Shown: positions 42,556-53,400 of the stretch, piece after piece
How positions within the stretch are numbered: position 1 is the stretch's first letter
How the letters are laid out: each line of letters starts with the position of its first letter
Source of the DNA: Bdellovibrionales bacterium RIFOXYD12_FULL_39_22
GTDB taxonomy: Bacteria > Bdellovibrionota > Bacteriovoracia > Bacteriovoracales > Bacteriovoracaceae
Assembly: GCA_001770205.1 (NCBI GenBank)
Contig: MEQL01000039.1
Coordinates: 10,787 to 74,786, forward strand
Reading direction: 5' to 3'
Length of the DNA stretch: 64,000 nt
Program-made: the position numbers and the translations under genes
The notes under the pieces: model-generated
Databases searched by the model: none
The model's input: the letters and a program-made list of their open reading frames with translations, nothing else
Told to the model about the DNA's origin: nothing

Positions 42556-43194
42556 CTATTGCGTAACTTTCTGTACCTGTGAAAAATCCAACTCGACAGG
42601 AGTTGGCCGGCCAAAAATAGATACACTAACTCTCAATTTTCCTTTCTCATTAACAGACTCAACGACTCCAATAAATGAAGTAAATGGCCCTTCGATAACT
42701 TTAACATTTTCACCTTCAGAAAAGTTAACGTTGGCCCGCGGCTTAAATCCTTCGACCACCTGATTAGTCATCACCGCTGCTTCTTTATCAGAAATTGCCG
42801 TTGGCCGACCTTTCGTACCACCAATAAATCCGGTGATTTTGTCGGTATCTTTTACCATGTGCCAGACAGAATCCGTCATAACCATTTTTATGAGAACATA
42901 TCCAGGGAAAAATTTCTTTTTAAATGTACGCTTCTTTCCGTTAACATTGTTAACAACAGTCTCTTCGGGAACTATTATTTCAGAAATATACTCCGTTAGT
43001 TTAAAATTAACTGCTCGCTCTTTTAACGCTTTTGCTACTTTGTTCTCTTGGCCTGTCATCGTTTTTGCAACATACCATTTGAACTCAGGAGTATCGCCTT
43101 TTGCTAAAACACTCCCAACAGCGGTTTCCGCGGCAGTATCTTCATTGTTTACAATCTCGGCATCATTTTTTTCATTGGCCATAAAGCTGCCCAT
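42556..43194 (-). CDS. nusG: Transcription termination/antitermination factor NusG (with ~35-aa acidic N-terminal extension)
   Basis: NGN domain WYVAKTMTGQENKV...FPGYVLIKM and KOW domain GENVKVIEGPFTSFIGVV. Alternative start at 43182. Confidence 0.93.
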   Translation of the reverse strand: MGSFMANEKNDAEIVNNEDTAAETAVGSVLAKGDTPEFKWYVAKTMTGQENKVAKALKERAVNFKLTEYISEIIVPEETVVNNVNGKKRTFKKKFFPGYVLIKMVMTDSVWHMVKDTDKITGFIGGTKGRPTAISDKEAAVMTNQVVEGFKPRANVNFSEGENVKVIEGPFTSFIGVVESVNEKGKLRVSVSIFGRPTPVELDFSQVQKVTQ

Positions 43195-43196
43195 AT

Positions 43197-43589
43197 TTAA
43201 TAGATGAGGTTAAGTATAAAATTAAAAATATAATCGACAAGAATCAAAATCCCGCTAACCACCACAAGTGCCACAAGAATTCCGATCGTCAACTTAAAAA
43301 TTGAATCTTTGTCTGGCCAAATTACCTTTACTAACTCGGAATATACTTCCGAAAAATATTGAGCGCTCTTTTGATTTGTTTTTATAAATACCAAAAACGC
43401 AATTCCCAGAATAACGCCCGTGGCATGAGTGGAGTTTACGAAGTATGGGATTTTTGATTCAAGATCAAACCAATCTCCCATCTGCAGAATAAATCGAATG
43501 CTGACGTATCCGACAATAACTGCGCAGGAAATTACAAACGCGTTAATCCATTTCTTTTCATCGTCTGTTTTCAAAATACTCATAACCAC
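43197..43589 (-). CDS. secE: Preprotein translocase subunit SecE (3-TM form)
   Basis: The C-terminus YFSEVYSELVKVIWPDKDSIFKLTIGILVALVVVSG matches the SecE core. GTG at 43589, or ATG at 43583 with AAGGG SD. Precedes nusG. Confidence 0.85.
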   Translation of the reverse strand: MVMSILKTDDEKKWINAFVISCAVIVGYVSIRFILQMGDWFDLESKIPYFVNSTHATGVILGIAFLVFIKTNQKSAQYFSEVYSELVKVIWPDKDSIFKLTIGILVALVVVSGILILVDYIFNFILNLIY

Positions 43590-43609
43590 CCTTACAAAGA
43601 TGACATTAA

Positions 43610-43638
43610 ATTACAGGTTAAGATTTTCACTTATGCAA
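43610..43638 (-). promoter_or_regulatory. Candidate sigma-70 promoter for secE-nusG
   Basis: On the minus strand TTGCAT (rc 43633-43638), N17, TGTAAT (rc 43610-43615), about 20 nt upstream of the secE start. Confidence 0.35.
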
Positions 43639-43739
43639 AAAAAAAATGAATTTGTCTATAATTAAATGATTTTTTTAAGAAATTGCTAACTTTTCAAAAT
43701 TAATATGGTTTTTTATTGCCAGATGGCCCGTGCGCCGCG

Positions 43740-44036
43740 TTAGCGAAGATTTTTAAGGTCACTGGTACATTTGTCGTTAAAATCATCTCTGTTAAATAAA
43801 TTGCGATTAAATTCCTTGCGCTTTCTCGTTTGCACAGAAATATCACCAGGTGCCAGAATTGTTCCTTTTACCTCTAAATTACCCAGGTCGATAAACTCTT
43901 TTTTCTTGTATTCATAGATTATCTTTTGCCCTACTACGTTTTTTTGTGGAGGGGTGTTGTCCTGGGAAGATATAATGCCAGGAAGAAGTAGAAGTAAGGC
44001 GATAACGATAGTATTATTGGGGACATGTATATACAT
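43740..44036 (-). CDS. Small secreted hypothetical protein (98 aa)
   Basis: Hydrophobic signal IVIALLLLLPGIISSQ. Starts 5 nt after the stop of the upstream TPR gene. Confidence 0.5.
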   Translation of the reverse strand: MYIHVPNNTIVIALLLLLPGIISSQDNTPPQKNVVGQKIIYEYKKKEFIDLGNLEVKGTILAPGDISVQTRKRKEFNRNLFNRDDFNDKCTSDLKNLR

Positions 44037-44041
44037 TCTGC

Positions 44042-45526
44042 TTATCTCCTCCGTCTGCTGGCAGGGGCCGATTCAGATTCTACTATCTCACAGTTTGATT
44101 TGAGGCCAAAGGAGTAATCTCCTAGTTCATCGGCCCAAAAGGCACCATTAAAACTCCAAAAGTCATCATCCGCACTCGTCTGCAAATTAGACCAATCTCC
44201 TCTAGAACGATCAGAAACCAATTCTTTATCGTTATAAACTAGGGTTCTTTGTTTCGACATAATTTCTAACTTTATATTAAACATTTCATAAGCAAAACGG
44301 TGGATCTCGTTAACAAAATTATAGATTTCTTCGCGTAAAAAATATTCGATCCCTGATTTCTTAAGATAAACCATTTTTTCCAAATTTTTTTGTAAATCTA
44401 AAATAAGAGGAGATTTTTTTTCCTTAGAAATTTTTTCTAATTCGCCCTGGGCCATTTTAAGAGAGGTTATGTCTAAGCTATATTTGATCTTTTTTTTGGA
44501 AGTCGTAATCAACTGTTGAATATATATATTCTCTTTTTTTAAAGCGCCTTCTCCCGACAAGGCCAATTGTAGAAAATATTCGGGTTCATTTTTGTGCTTA
44601 TTTAGTTCACTAATTAGAGAATCGCTTTGTGGCCGATAGAAATTATAGAAGCGATTTACTACTTCCATAGAGTCCTTCCATAGGCAAAGACGAAAATATG
44701 CCAGCGCAGTCAAAACTTCTGCTTCTGGAAGAAAATAATTCTTTAGTAGTGGTGACTTGTATGTAACCAAAAGGCCTAAAGTCTTATTAAAATTATTCTG
44801 GTTATAGTGGCCCCACGCTTTTTCTAATAAAATATATGGCCACAAATATGATCGTTTGGGAATGGATTCATACACGGCCATTGCCTGAAGCAGTTCTTCT
44901 TTTTTGTATTTTACTCTGGCAGAATGAATCAGGCATGTTTCTCGAATAATCGCGTAATAGCGCCGGCTCTTTTCGAAAAGTGATTTTTTCTCATATTTCT
45001 GTGCAACTTTCTGACAACGATCGTAATGAGTAAATGCAATATCGTCTTTATTCTGAAGATTAGCGATAGTTCCTAGGGCCATTTCTGACTCTGGAGAAAA
45101 TTTATGCCCCATGGGAATTTGCTTCAAAATTTCATAGGCATCTTTGTAATTTTTGCGTTTAAAAAGCTCCAACCCTAATGCCACTGACAGTGTAGGAGAC
45201 TTTAATCCAACAATTTTTCCCAACTCCATATTGGCAAAGGAATCATCCCCGGCCTTCAGATAAAGATTTTCTAACACTTTTTCAAATTTGGGTTCAATCG
45301 AATCAACTAACAACATATGTTTTTCGGCGAAATATAGTGACGAAATATAATATCTATTCTGATAAAACAGATAGGTAAGAAACTGGTATTTTTTAGCTTC
45401 ATCAATATTGGTTTTATTGTAAATTTTATCTATTTTTCCCCAATCTATTTGAGCATAAGCACCTCGCCCCCATAGAAACAAGGAGAACATTATCAAAAAT
45501 ATTACATGCAAAATTTTATAGATCAT
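44042..45526 (-). CDS. Periplasmic TPR-like repeat protein (494 aa)
   Basis: Signal peptide MIYKILHVIFLIMFSLFLWGRGAYA. Helical-repeat composition throughout. Starts 9 nt after the barrel gene stop. Confidence 0.5.
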   Translation of the reverse strand: MIYKILHVIFLIMFSLFLWGRGAYAQIDWGKIDKIYNKTNIDEAKKYQFLTYLFYQNRYYISSLYFAEKHMLLVDSIEPKFEKVLENLYLKAGDDSFANMELGKIVGLKSPTLSVALGLELFKRKNYKDAYEILKQIPMGHKFSPESEMALGTIANLQNKDDIAFTHYDRCQKVAQKYEKKSLFEKSRRYYAIIRETCLIHSARVKYKKEELLQAMAVYESIPKRSYLWPYILLEKAWGHYNQNNFNKTLGLLVTYKSPLLKNYFLPEAEVLTALAYFRLCLWKDSMEVVNRFYNFYRPQSDSLISELNKHKNEPEYFLQLALSGEGALKKENIYIQQLITTSKKKIKYSLDITSLKMAQGELEKISKEKKSPLILDLQKNLEKMVYLKKSGIEYFLREEIYNFVNEIHRFAYEMFNIKLEIMSKQRTLVYNDKELVSDRSRGDWSNLQTSADDDFWSFNGAFWADELGDYSFGLKSNCEIVESESAPASRRRR

Positions 45527-45535
45527 AATTATTCG

Positions 45536-46246
45536 TCAATATGACATCCCTACCGAAAACATGAAATCCATAGCGCTGTTGAGGGTTTTTCCTTTGGAAC
45601 GATCCGGCCCGTAGGCGCTGTAGAAAGTATTTAGCACGGATAGGCCCACGTGAATCATTGTGTTAATGTGAAAGCGCAAAGCAGTATTGGCCAAAACTCC
45701 ACTATAGCTTTCTGCTGCATATGCATTAGCAGCATCCTCCAAAACCACCGTTAAAACATTACTCTCAGCAGCAATCTGGCCATAGCCTAAGGCAAACGAC
45801 CAATCAAAATAAAAAATTTCGTTGAAGGTATTAATTTTTCCATAAAACGGAGACCAGACAATCGCTCCTCCATAAGAAGAGTTAAGGCGACGAACGAAGG
45901 GAACCGCCCCATTAACAAATTGTACGGCCTTAAGTGCACTATTGTCTGCATTCGCATAGCTATTATAAAAAAGCTCTATAGCAAATGTTTCTATAACATA
46001 AAAACCGCTTTTAATACTAAGGCCGGTTACAGTTTGGAAAGGCGAGGATACTCCTGACAAATAACCTACATCTGCATATAGTGTGTATTTTTTTTTAAAT
46101 TGTTTATTTTGTAAAACAAAAACTTTTTTATCCGGATCAAGCCAGAGAAAATTATATAGGTCTGTTTCTTCCGCAAAAAGTGGAGTGATTGTTGATAAAA
46201 GCACAATCACTGGCCAAACAGTAAAAAGCAAAGATCCAATTCTCAC
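45536..46246 (-). CDS. Small outer-membrane beta-barrel protein (236 aa)
   Basis: Signal peptide ...STITPLFAEE. Alternating-hydrophobic strands and a C-terminal aromatic ...FMFSVGMSY, typical of OMP beta-signals. Confidence 0.55.
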   Translation of the reverse strand: MRIGSLLFTVWPVIVLLSTITPLFAEETDLYNFLWLDPDKKVFVLQNKQFKKKYTLYADVGYLSGVSSPFQTVTGLSIKSGFYVIETFAIELFYNSYANADNSALKAVQFVNGAVPFVRRLNSSYGGAIVWSPFYGKINTFNEIFYFDWSFALGYGQIAAESNVLTVVLEDAANAYAAESYSGVLANTALRFHINTMIHVGLSVLNTFYSAYGPDRSKGKTLNSAMDFMFSVGMSY

Positions 46247-46299
46247 AAGCTATCATCCTTGATTATGGTAACAATAATGATTCCTAATTTTATAGCAAG

Positions 46300-47049
46300 C
46301 TAAAGCGGAATGGCAAATGCGCTGCAAAAGATCCAAAGGGTAAAAGAGGTTACGAGTGGAATAGTCAAATTATCATCGATTTTAATTGGAATCATCTCGA
46401 AAAGAGTAATCAGAAAGGGGACAAAAAAAGCCACAAACCAAAAGCCAAAAGAGAGCATGGCGCTAGAATTATATATAGAAAAAACCATAAGGATTGCTAA
46501 GAAGGAGCAAATATAAAAGGCCAGAGAACCTTCGACGCTTTTTTCCTTAACGATATGGTGTTTCCCAAAACGTATGCCAATAATGGCCGAAAGAGGATCG
46601 GCAAAGGCCAGAGTATAGATACTAATCAGCGCAATAATTTTCGGGAAGCTTAAAATGGTTAACATAATGGCCATTGCGTAAGGAATGGCCGCAGATTCTT
46701 TTAGTTGCTCTTCGGCCCGCAAAAGATATTTGGTCCATCCTTCAAATTTTTTGGCAATTTCAGGGTATGCGCGCCTTATTTGATCTAAAAGATAGATGAG
46801 ACTAGCAAAGGTGCCGAGAATATAAACCACTTGCTGATGAGAAAGTGTCAACGCATAGGCCGTCGCTACCACAAAACCGTTACCCATATGAAATAGTCGG
46901 CGTGAAATCTGCAAATCTTTTCTGGTGGATTTAATTGTTCCTGCAATCGCAGAAGCTCCGCTAGCAGATGAAGTTGCTGCAATCTGTGTAGGATTAAATT
47001 CCTCGGGATATAATAACTTTAAATTTTTTACTTCTTGAAACTCTGACAT
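46300..47049 (-). CDS. COG0170-type (dolichol/phytol/DAG kinase, CTP-dependent) integral membrane protein
   Basis: Multi-TM, with the motif AFADPLSAIIGIRFGKHHIVKEKSVEGSLAFYICSF, resembling the GD..A..vG..fG....KS.EGS signature of this family. Confidence 0.5.
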   Translation of the reverse strand: MSEFQEVKNLKLLYPEEFNPTQIAATSSASGASAIAGTIKSTRKDLQISRRLFHMGNGFVVATAYALTLSHQQVVYILGTFASLIYLLDQIRRAYPEIAKKFEGWTKYLLRAEEQLKESAAIPYAMAIMLTILSFPKIIALISIYTLAFADPLSAIIGIRFGKHHIVKEKSVEGSLAFYICSFLAILMVFSIYNSSAMLSFGFWFVAFFVPFLITLFEMIPIKIDDNLTIPLVTSFTLWIFCSAFAIPL

Positions 47050-47081
47050 AGTTTGTAATCCAAATTACAATATATTTCCCA

Positions 47082-48086
47082 TCAATATTGGAGTACGACT
47101 GCGCCAGAGGTAACGCCTGCTCCAAACGCCGTCATAGCACACTTATCTCCTCGTTTAATTTTTCCTGCACGAACTGCTTCATCAAGCGCGATGGGGATCG
47201 TTGCGGCTGAGTTGTTTCCATATTTTTCTACCGTTACTATAATTTTTTCCATGTTAATTTCTAATTTTTTTGCCAAATACTCAATAATCCTCAAATTGGC
47301 CTGATGCGGAATAAACCACTGCAAATCACTTACTGATAAATGGGCCGCTTCGAGGGCCATTTGCGAATTTCTCATCATCGTTCTAGTAGCATATTTAAAT
47401 ATTTGTTTTCCTTCCATGACCAATTTATCTTCTTTTCGCTCAAGTTTTTCTTTATTTAACGGACTTGCGGAGCCACCAGAAGGCACAAAAAGAAGTTTGT
47501 CGCCAGTTCCATCACAAGACAAAGTTGACGATAAAATTTTTGAAGAATCATTTTCATCTGCACGGCCTAGCACTGCGGCACCGGCACCATCTGCAAAAAG
47601 AATGCAAGTTGTTCGATCAGTCCAATCAACAAACGGCTGTAGCAGCTCTGCACCTATTATTAAAATATTTTTATAAATGCCAGTTTTGATCATGCTATCT
47701 GCGATAACTAATCCATAAAGAAAACCAGAACAAGCAGCAACAATATCCAAACAGGGGCATTCATTTTTTATTCCTAATTTCTGCTGTAAGACGGCCGCAG
47801 TACTTGGTAATTTATAGTCCGGAGAAACGGTAGCAAAAAGTATCAAATCAATTTCGTCAGGTTTTATATTTGCTGCTTCCATCGCTTTCTTGGCGGCAAA
47901 GGCCCCCATCTCGGAACAGGTTTCGCTACCATCTAATTTGGCCAATCGGCGCTCTTTAATTCCAGTTCTTTCAATGATCCACTCATTGGAGGTATCGACC
48001 ATTTTTTCCAGCTCCTGATTAGTCAATGTTCGACTAGGGATATAGGAGCCAGTTCCTAAAATTTTTGAGTACTTAGATGGAGTCAT
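47082..48086 (-). CDS. fabH: 3-oxoacyl-ACP synthase III
   Basis: Active-site Cys in AACSGFLYGL, plus HQANLRII and GNNSAATIP. 334 aa. Confidence 0.93.
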   Translation of the reverse strand: MTPSKYSKILGTGSYIPSRTLTNQELEKMVDTSNEWIIERTGIKERRLAKLDGSETCSEMGAFAAKKAMEAANIKPDEIDLILFATVSPDYKLPSTAAVLQQKLGIKNECPCLDIVAACSGFLYGLVIADSMIKTGIYKNILIIGAELLQPFVDWTDRTTCILFADGAGAAVLGRADENDSSKILSSTLSCDGTGDKLLFVPSGGSASPLNKEKLERKEDKLVMEGKQIFKYATRTMMRNSQMALEAAHLSVSDLQWFIPHQANLRIIEYLAKKLEINMEKIIVTVEKYGNNSAATIPIALDEAVRAGKIKRGDKCAMTAFGAGVTSGAVVLQY

Positions 48087-48126
48087 ATAAATCCTTTGCT
48101 GCGCTTTTTAGTTTTTAATATGGCCG

Positions 48127-48155
48127 ACTTTAAATAACTTTGGCCGAAGGGTCAA
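48127..48155 (-). promoter_or_regulatory. Candidate sigma-70 promoter for fabH
   Basis: On the minus strand TTGACC (rc 48150-48155), N17, TAAAGT (rc 48127-48132), about 40 nt upstream of the fabH ATG. Confidence 0.3.
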
Positions 48156-48240
48156 GCGATAATAATGGCGATACTTCTGGTAAATTTTAAATGTGGATAA
48201 GTCAGAATTATTTTCTGTTCCGTTTATAGGTAACGGCCCA

Positions 48241-49188
48241 CTATATAATATCTTCTTCCTTTAAGAGTTTTTTTAAATCATTAATAAGATCTAGGCCATA
48301 GTTACCCAGCTCATCGATTGTCATTGATTGAACTGCCTGCTTGGGAGACATGTCGAACAAACTAACTTTTTTATCATAACAATCAACAATCGATAAAATC
48401 TCCTCTTCTGGTGTCAATTTTTTCTTTTTTTGGGGGCCACTACCAGAAAGAGTTTCTTCGTGATTTAACACTAGCTCCATGATCGTTGCGTTAATGTATG
48501 GCTTGTCTTGTAACAAGTCGGCAGTATTTCGTGGATGATTGTTATAAATTTTTAACTCATCAACCGTGAGCGTCTTTTTTGGTCGACGATGCAAGGCCTG
48601 CTCAGCAGCATCTGAACGGGTAATACTTAAATCATGGATCAAGGCAGCAATTGCAATATTATCTACCATCGCACTATCTATCTTGCGCATTTCAGCAAGT
48701 TTGGCCGATAATGAAGAAACGTTAAGGCAATGTTTCACGATTATACTGTCTTCTTCCACCTTCTTTCCCATAATCATCTTTAGCGCTTCTTTGTTATTGG
48801 CAACGGCCTTTCGCAAAGTGCCTGCCGCCTGAGTAGTCATATTGTAAGCTAAGCGACTATTCGGATCTTTTTTCATTCGCTCTACTGCAGTTCCAGCAAC
48901 TCCTTCCGCCAGTGTGGCCTTCTCTGTTACTGGCACATCATCTTTTGACATGGTATCATTTAGAAGCTTATCGAGGTATTTTTGATAATTAACCTCTTCC
49001 GTGGCGGTAATAAAAAAACGTGCAATTTTTTGTTCTTTTAATTTTTTAAAAAGATCCTCACCTATGGTCAGACCGTTCTCTTTGTAGAGTAGAAAGTGAT
49101 CTTTAAAATATATATAGAGATTGAAAAGTATTTGGGTATTCGGTTTAATGGTACTAATCCGAAGCGGCGTAAAGTCTTCCATGGCCAA
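48241..49188 (-). CDS. HD-domain protein related to HD-GYP phosphodiesterases (GYP motif degenerate)
   Basis: HD in [10 protein letters not shown]. The later [12 protein letters not shown] sits where HD-GYP proteins carry HHE..DGSGYP. Confidence 0.5.
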   Translation of the reverse strand: MAMEDFTPLRISTIKPNTQILFNLYIYFKDHFLLYKENGLTIGEDLFKKLKEQKIARFFITATEEVNYQKYLDKLLNDTMSKDDVPVTEKATLAEGVAGTAVERMKKDPNSRLAYNMTTQAAGTLRKAVANNKEALKMIMGKKVEEDSIIVKHCLNVSSLSAKLAEMRKIDSAMVDNIAIAALIHDLSITRSDAAEQALHRRPKKTLTVDELKIYNNHPRNTADLLQDKPYINATIMELVLNHEETLSGSGPQKKKKLTPEEEILSIVDCYDKKVSLFDMSPKQAVQSMTIDELGNYGLDLINDLKKLLKEEDII

Positions 49189-49336
49189 TTTCCTCTGTGT
49201 GAATTTTTACTATAAGAGTATAGTACGACGAATTTTTTGCAAGCAAGAAAAAAAATGCTATTTGAATTGTCGAGAGTTCCAAGTTATATTACTTCCTCTA
49301 TCAAACATCTTTTTTCACCTATCCAAAGGAGACTAT

Positions 49337-49909
49337 ATGAGTAGGGTATTCGCGTTGATTCTTTTTTCCTTTCTTTCCTCCGTTATTATCGCCGTAGAAC
49401 CGTCGGCCAATCCTGTCGTTGTAGTAAAAACATCTTCAGGAGAAATTGAGATCGAATTATATCAGGACAAGGCACCAATAACCGTAAAAAATTTTCTAAA
49501 CTACGTCCAAGATGGCCATTACAATGGAACTATCTTTCACCGCGTAATTTCAACATTTATGATTCAAGGCGGAGGACTTACTGCAGATATGAAAGAAAAG
49601 ACAACTAAGGCACCAATTAAAAATGAGGCCACCAATGGCCTCTCAAATGAAGTCGCTACAGTGGCAATGGCGCGAACCTCAGTGGTAGATAGTGCTACCT
49701 CCCAATTTTTTATTAATGTTGCGGATAACGTTTTTCTAAATCATCGCGACAATAGTGATGGTGGCTTTGGCTATGCTGTCTTTGGAAAAGTGAAAAAGGG
49801 AATGGACGTCGTAAATAGAATTAAACTTACCAAAACTGGACAGCACGGCGCATTTAGCGATGTTCCCGTAACTCCAATTGTTATCGAGTCAATCTCCCTA
49901 AAAAAGTAA
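49337..49909 (+). CDS. ppiA: Periplasmic cyclophilin-type peptidyl-prolyl isomerase
   Basis: ATG 49337 with AAGGAG SD at 49326-49331 and a signal peptide [19 protein letters not shown]. Cyclophilin motifs [17 protein letters not shown] and SQFFIN. The track's 72-codon upstream extension is rejected. Confidence 0.88.
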   Translation: MSRVFALILFSFLSSVIIAVEPSANPVVVVKTSSGEIEIELYQDKAPITVKNFLNYVQDGHYNGTIFHRVISTFMIQGGGLTADMKEKTTKAPIKNEATNGLSNEVATVAMARTSVVDSATSQFFINVADNVFLNHRDNSDGGFGYAVFGKVKKGMDVVNRIKLTKTGQHGAFSDVPVTPIVIESISLKK

Positions 49910-49927
49910 CTCACCACAAGAGTTTAT

Positions 49928-50383
49928 ATGTTGGTTACAATTGAATATCTGGTGAAGGATCAAAGCGGTACCACGCTTTTTGATACCGGCCCGGATCATC
50001 CCTTTACAACACCTCTCGGCATTGGAGTATTTCCTGCAAAAATAGAAGCAGAACTAAGATCCATTGAAGTTGGAACCACTAAAGAAATAACTCTGACTCC
50101 GCAAGAAGGATACGGCATCTTCCGAGATTACCTTGTCCAAAATATAAGCAAAGAAATATTTCCTAGCGAAATTAATCTGGCCATGGGATCACTTCTTGAA
50201 CTTGCTACGGAAGATGGCCCAACTGTCGCTAAAATTATTCAAGTTAATCCCCATGATGTGGTTGTTGATGCTAATCATCCTTGGGCCGGAAAAACTATAA
50301 TATTTTTTATAAAGCTACTTGAACGCAATAATTCAGAATTTAAGTGCGCAGGTTGTGGCCATAGTGGTAACAACTGCTGCTAA
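49928..50383 (+). CDS. slyD: FKBP-type PPIase, SlyD-like, with Cys-rich C-terminal tail
   Basis: Starts MLVTIEYLVKD and carries the ...ANHPWAGKTIIFFIKLLE FKBP/IF-domain pattern. The tail is CAGCGHSGNNCC. Confidence 0.75.
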   Translation: MLVTIEYLVKDQSGTTLFDTGPDHPFTTPLGIGVFPAKIEAELRSIEVGTTKEITLTPQEGYGIFRDYLVQNISKEIFPSEINLAMGSLLELATEDGPTVAKIIQVNPHDVVVDANHPWAGKTIIFFIKLLERNNSEFKCAGCGHSGNNCC

Positions 50384-50413
50384 TATCGTTTTACTTTTAG
50401 ACGTAACCGACTA

Positions 50414-53400
50414 ATGAGGTTTTTTATGAAACAGTTTTTCATTTTAAGTGGCCTATTTTTTCTTCTAACTACTTCCACCATGGGAAGCAGTGGTGATTTG
50501 TACAAGTTACTAGAGAAGATTCAACAGGCCGAAGAACAAAAACTTCCTCAAACTGCGCTGGATTTGGCATCGCAACTTGAAAAAAAGTCCCTGGCAGAAA
50601 AAAACAAAGGATTCTATCTTCGTGCTGTGGCCAAACGTATTTTGAACAGAAGTCATATAGAGGGCAAGGCGCCAAAAGAAAAAGTAAAAATACTTCGAAC
50701 AGAAATTAGTAAATTACCCATCGAAATTCGCCCTATTGCACAAATCCTTTTGGCCAAATGGTTTTGGCATTATTACCAGCAAAACATTTACAAATTTGCC
50801 TCTCGAACCCAAACAGATGGAGGGTTAGACCCTGATGATTTTACCACCTGGGATCTACCCAAAATTTTCACAGAGATTCGGGCCCTTTTAGAAGCGGGAT
50901 TAAAAAATGCTGACGATTTAAAGAAAAAAGATCTTAAAGAATATGAGGGAGCAATAGTTCGCGGAAATATTTTTTCTGAAGATCCACTAACCATGTATGA
51001 ATTTGCTTTGCGCGAGATGCTAGATTTTATGATCGCAGGAATTTCTTCCTTGCCCGCTCCAGAAGATAAATTTGAAATTGACGCAAACTCTGAAGCATTT
51101 GCTAGCTATGCTAATTTTATTAACTATCATCCAAAAACTACTGATAGCGATTCTCCGCTACTGCGTACTATTTCAATTTACCAAGACCTACTAGAATATT
51201 ATCAAAACGCCAAGCTAACTAACCGCTTCGTTGATGGTGAAGTTAATCGTTTGGCCTTTGTCTACGCCAATGCTTTTGGCGAAAACAAAAAAGAGATTTT
51301 CTTAAAGCGCCTGGGGGAAATCGAAGAAAAATTTTCTCAATATCCTTCCTCTTCGCTGGCATCCTACCAAATTGCTTCGGTCTATCTGGCAGAAGGCAAA
51401 CTGGCCTTGGCACTCACCTCTTGTGAGCAAGCAATAAAAAAACACGCTGATTCGGATGGCGCAATTCTTTGTGGTAACATTAGGGCCAATATTCTGGCCC
51501 CTACAATCTCTGTCAAAATCGATAGTACTATTAACGAGGCCAACTCAACTTTAAATCTTAAGTATAAAAACATTAAGAAAATTTATCTGCGCGTAGTGAC
51601 CGACGACTGGAAACAATATCTAAGTAGAAAATGGCGAGACCTTGATGATCGACTTGATGAAAAAGAGTTATCTAAATTACTTGCTATTCCCCCAACGGCC
51701 GAGTGGTCTGTTGATTTAGAAGAAACCAAAGATTATCTAGAAAAAGAGATTGATCTTAAAATACCTCAACTCCAAAATGGCCACTATCGAATTTTTGCCT
51801 CAACCGAGCGACAAATGGAAAAACACGATTCGACTAGCTCGGCCCTGCATCACTCCTCTTTCTGGCGCACAGAAACGATGTTGCTGGTTAAAGGAATGCC
51901 AACAGATTCTGCGGGCCACAATAAAGTCACAGGATTTGTTTTAAACGCAAAAAATGGCACTCCTTTATCCGGCCAAAAAATTAACATTCTTCAGCGCAAT
52001 AATAGCAAAGAGGGAATCTATGAAAAAATTGCGGAAGTAAGAAGTGACCGTGATGGAAAATGGGAATTTAGGCCCAGAAAAAATAATAATTGGGAATTTT
52101 ATTTTCACTTAGAATCCGAACTCGGAGAACAGGTTTATACTAATTGGATTGATCAAGAATATATGCAGGAGAAAGAAAGTGATTCGCGCGTAATCTTTTT
52201 TACCGATCGAGCTATTTATCGGCCTGGCCAAAGAATCTATTACAAAGGTATTTGTTACAAGTATGATCAACAGACGGATAATTATGGCATCAAAAAATGC
52301 CGATCAATTCCCGTAGCGTTGTATGACAACAACGGACAAGAAATTGCCAAAGCTTTAAAGTCCGCCAATGACTTTGGTTCCTTTAGCGGTGATTTTATTG
52401 CTCCCTCCAACGTTCTAACAGGCGATATGACAATCCAATCTCACGCCCCTGCTGGTAGCGCCACTTTCAAAGTAGAAGAATATAAGCGGCCGAAGTTTGA
52501 AGTTTCACTAGAAACTCCAAAAAAACAATTTCGCCTTGAAGAAAATGTCACAATTAAAGGTAGTGCTATCAGTTATGCAGGCGCACCGCTAATGGATGCT
52601 AAAGTAAAATATCGAGTAATGCGCGGAGTGAAGCTACCTTGGTGGTGGTTTTGGGCAAATCCTTACAGTGCAGAACAAGAAATTTCTCATGGGCAAGTAA
52701 CGTCCAATACAAATGGAGAATTTTTAGTGGAGTTTGTGGCCAAACCCAATAAAAGTGTTAATAAAAAATTCAATCCCTCCTTTGTCTATCGACTTGAAGT
52801 AGATGTCATCGATTCTACCGGAGAGACTCGCTCGGCCACTACTTCCGTGGCCGTCGGTTATGTTGCCATGCAAATAATGCCCTCGGTTGAATCATGGCTT
52901 CCAGCAAACAAAGAAATGAAACTTTCTATCACCACAACAACTTTAGATCAGGCCAAGGTTGAGGCTAGTGGCGTAGTGGAAATACATGAATTAATCGGGC
53001 CCAAAGAGGTGGCCCGACGTCCTACTAACGGAGAACAACATGGTTGGTATTGGTATTGGGCAATGGATGAAAAACAAGAAAGTAAAAAGAATTCTCAAAA
53101 AAAGGATTTGTCCAATATAGAAAATTGGCCGCAGGGAGATGTCGTTGTCACATCTCCTTTTAAAAGCAGTGATGGCCAAACGGATGTATTGTTTAAATTG
53201 AAGGCCGGAGCGTATTGCGCAATAGTTAAAAGTAAAGATCAATTTACTAACACCATCGAAGAAAAAGTTTTCTTTACTGTTTTCCCCACTAAAGATGATT
53301 TGGATTTAAAAATTCCTTCACTTTTTAGTATAAAGAAAAATTCTCTTTCTGCAGGCGATAAACTTGAGGCCATTTGGGGAACAGGCCATGAAAATACTCC

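Noticed and set aside
32049-43207. Many 60-143-aa plus-strand ORFs inside rpoC, rpoB, rplL, rplJ, rplA, rplK and nusG (e.g. 38077-38502, 41400-41831, 42833-43207)
   Set aside because: They lie antisense to strongly conserved housekeeping genes. Their low-complexity S/P/I-rich translations are typical of shadow ORFs. They have no SD or independent motif.
49121-49336. 72-codon N-terminal extension of the cyclophilin ORF
   Set aside because: It overlaps the divergent HD-protein gene start and has an odd composition. The internal ATG at 49337 has a perfect AAGGAG SD and starts a proper signal peptide.
51422-51430. C-E-Q in the A2M N-terminal region as a possible thioester
   Set aside because: The motif is CEQ, not CxEQ. 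It lies in the helical N-terminal extension, far from the thioester-domain position, where the sequence is ECSDY.
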